NCBI GenBank assembly: GCA_013265495.1
Contig: MU058824.1
Span: 3,685,111-3,749,110 of the forward strand
Source of the DNA: Vicugna vicugna
Taxonomy: Eukaryota
Reading direction: 5' to 3'
Length of the DNA stretch: 64,000 bases
Shown: positions 63,641 through 64,000 of the stretch, one piece after another
How positions within the stretch are numbered: position 1 is the stretch's first letter
Layout: each line of letters starts with the position of its first letter
Translations under genes and position numbers: made by a program
Notes under the pieces: generated by a model
What the model was told of the DNA's origin: nothing
What the model saw: only the letters and a program-made list of their open reading frames with translations
Database searches by the model: none

Positions 63641-64000
63641 TGGGTTGGACGACGCACATCGCTCTTATCTTGGACCACAGTGCAGAATTGGGCTGGGGAT
63701 TCATAAATTCCTTGCTTGCTTGTTGGACTGGCTGGTCCTCCTGGATGTCTCTGCAGCCTCTTCTTCCCCTCTGACCCCGGGTCTAAGGGGGGATTCTGGT
63801 CTTGCTGAATGATGCCCTGACATCAACTTTTTGTCTCTTGCACCACTGGAAAAGTAGAAAAAGACATAAAGGCTTCCCTGCTTCTCGGTGCATGGCTTGA
63901 CAAATTTCAGCCCATCACATGCGGTGATGCTGTCTCTGTACCCTTTGCCCTAAAGAGAGGGCCTTCCATCTCTGTCCCCTGCCTGCATCTGCATTCTTTG

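Overview
Mammalian genomic DNA containing the 5' half of PAX5 (BSAP) on the + strand. Two tRNA-derived Vic-1-type SINEs suggest a camelid (alpaca or camel). The window holds ~19 kb of upstream sequence, the TATA-containing promoter and exon 1A (ATG 19635), the alternative CpG-island promoter and exon 1B (ATG 27017), exons 2-3 (paired domain), exon 4, exon 5 (octapeptide YSISGILG and basic NKRKR motif) and ~14.7 kb of intron 5. All splice sites are GT-AG and phases join correctly. The rest is CpG islands, probable enhancers, ancient repeats (MIR, L3, MER5, MER33, Charlie, L1) and microsatellites. The most unusual structure is a near-perfect 2.38-kb tandem duplication (14247-16626 / 16627-19005) ending ~145 bp before the exon 1A TATA box; it is either a real promoter CNV or an allelic mis-assembly. 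Also notable: an inverted duplication in intron 5 whose second arm was split by an L1 insertion, next to an EICE/ISRE/kB motif cluster resembling the known B-cell enhancer; a Pax/POU site upstream resembling the midbrain-hindbrain enhancer; a paired-domain site between CCAAT boxes of promoter 1B; three overlapping uORFs in the exon 1A leader; and an open read-through frame after exon 5. I found no support for another protein-coding gene or a wholly new system. Regulatory calls and repeat family names are by-eye inferences, and repeat boundaries are approximate.
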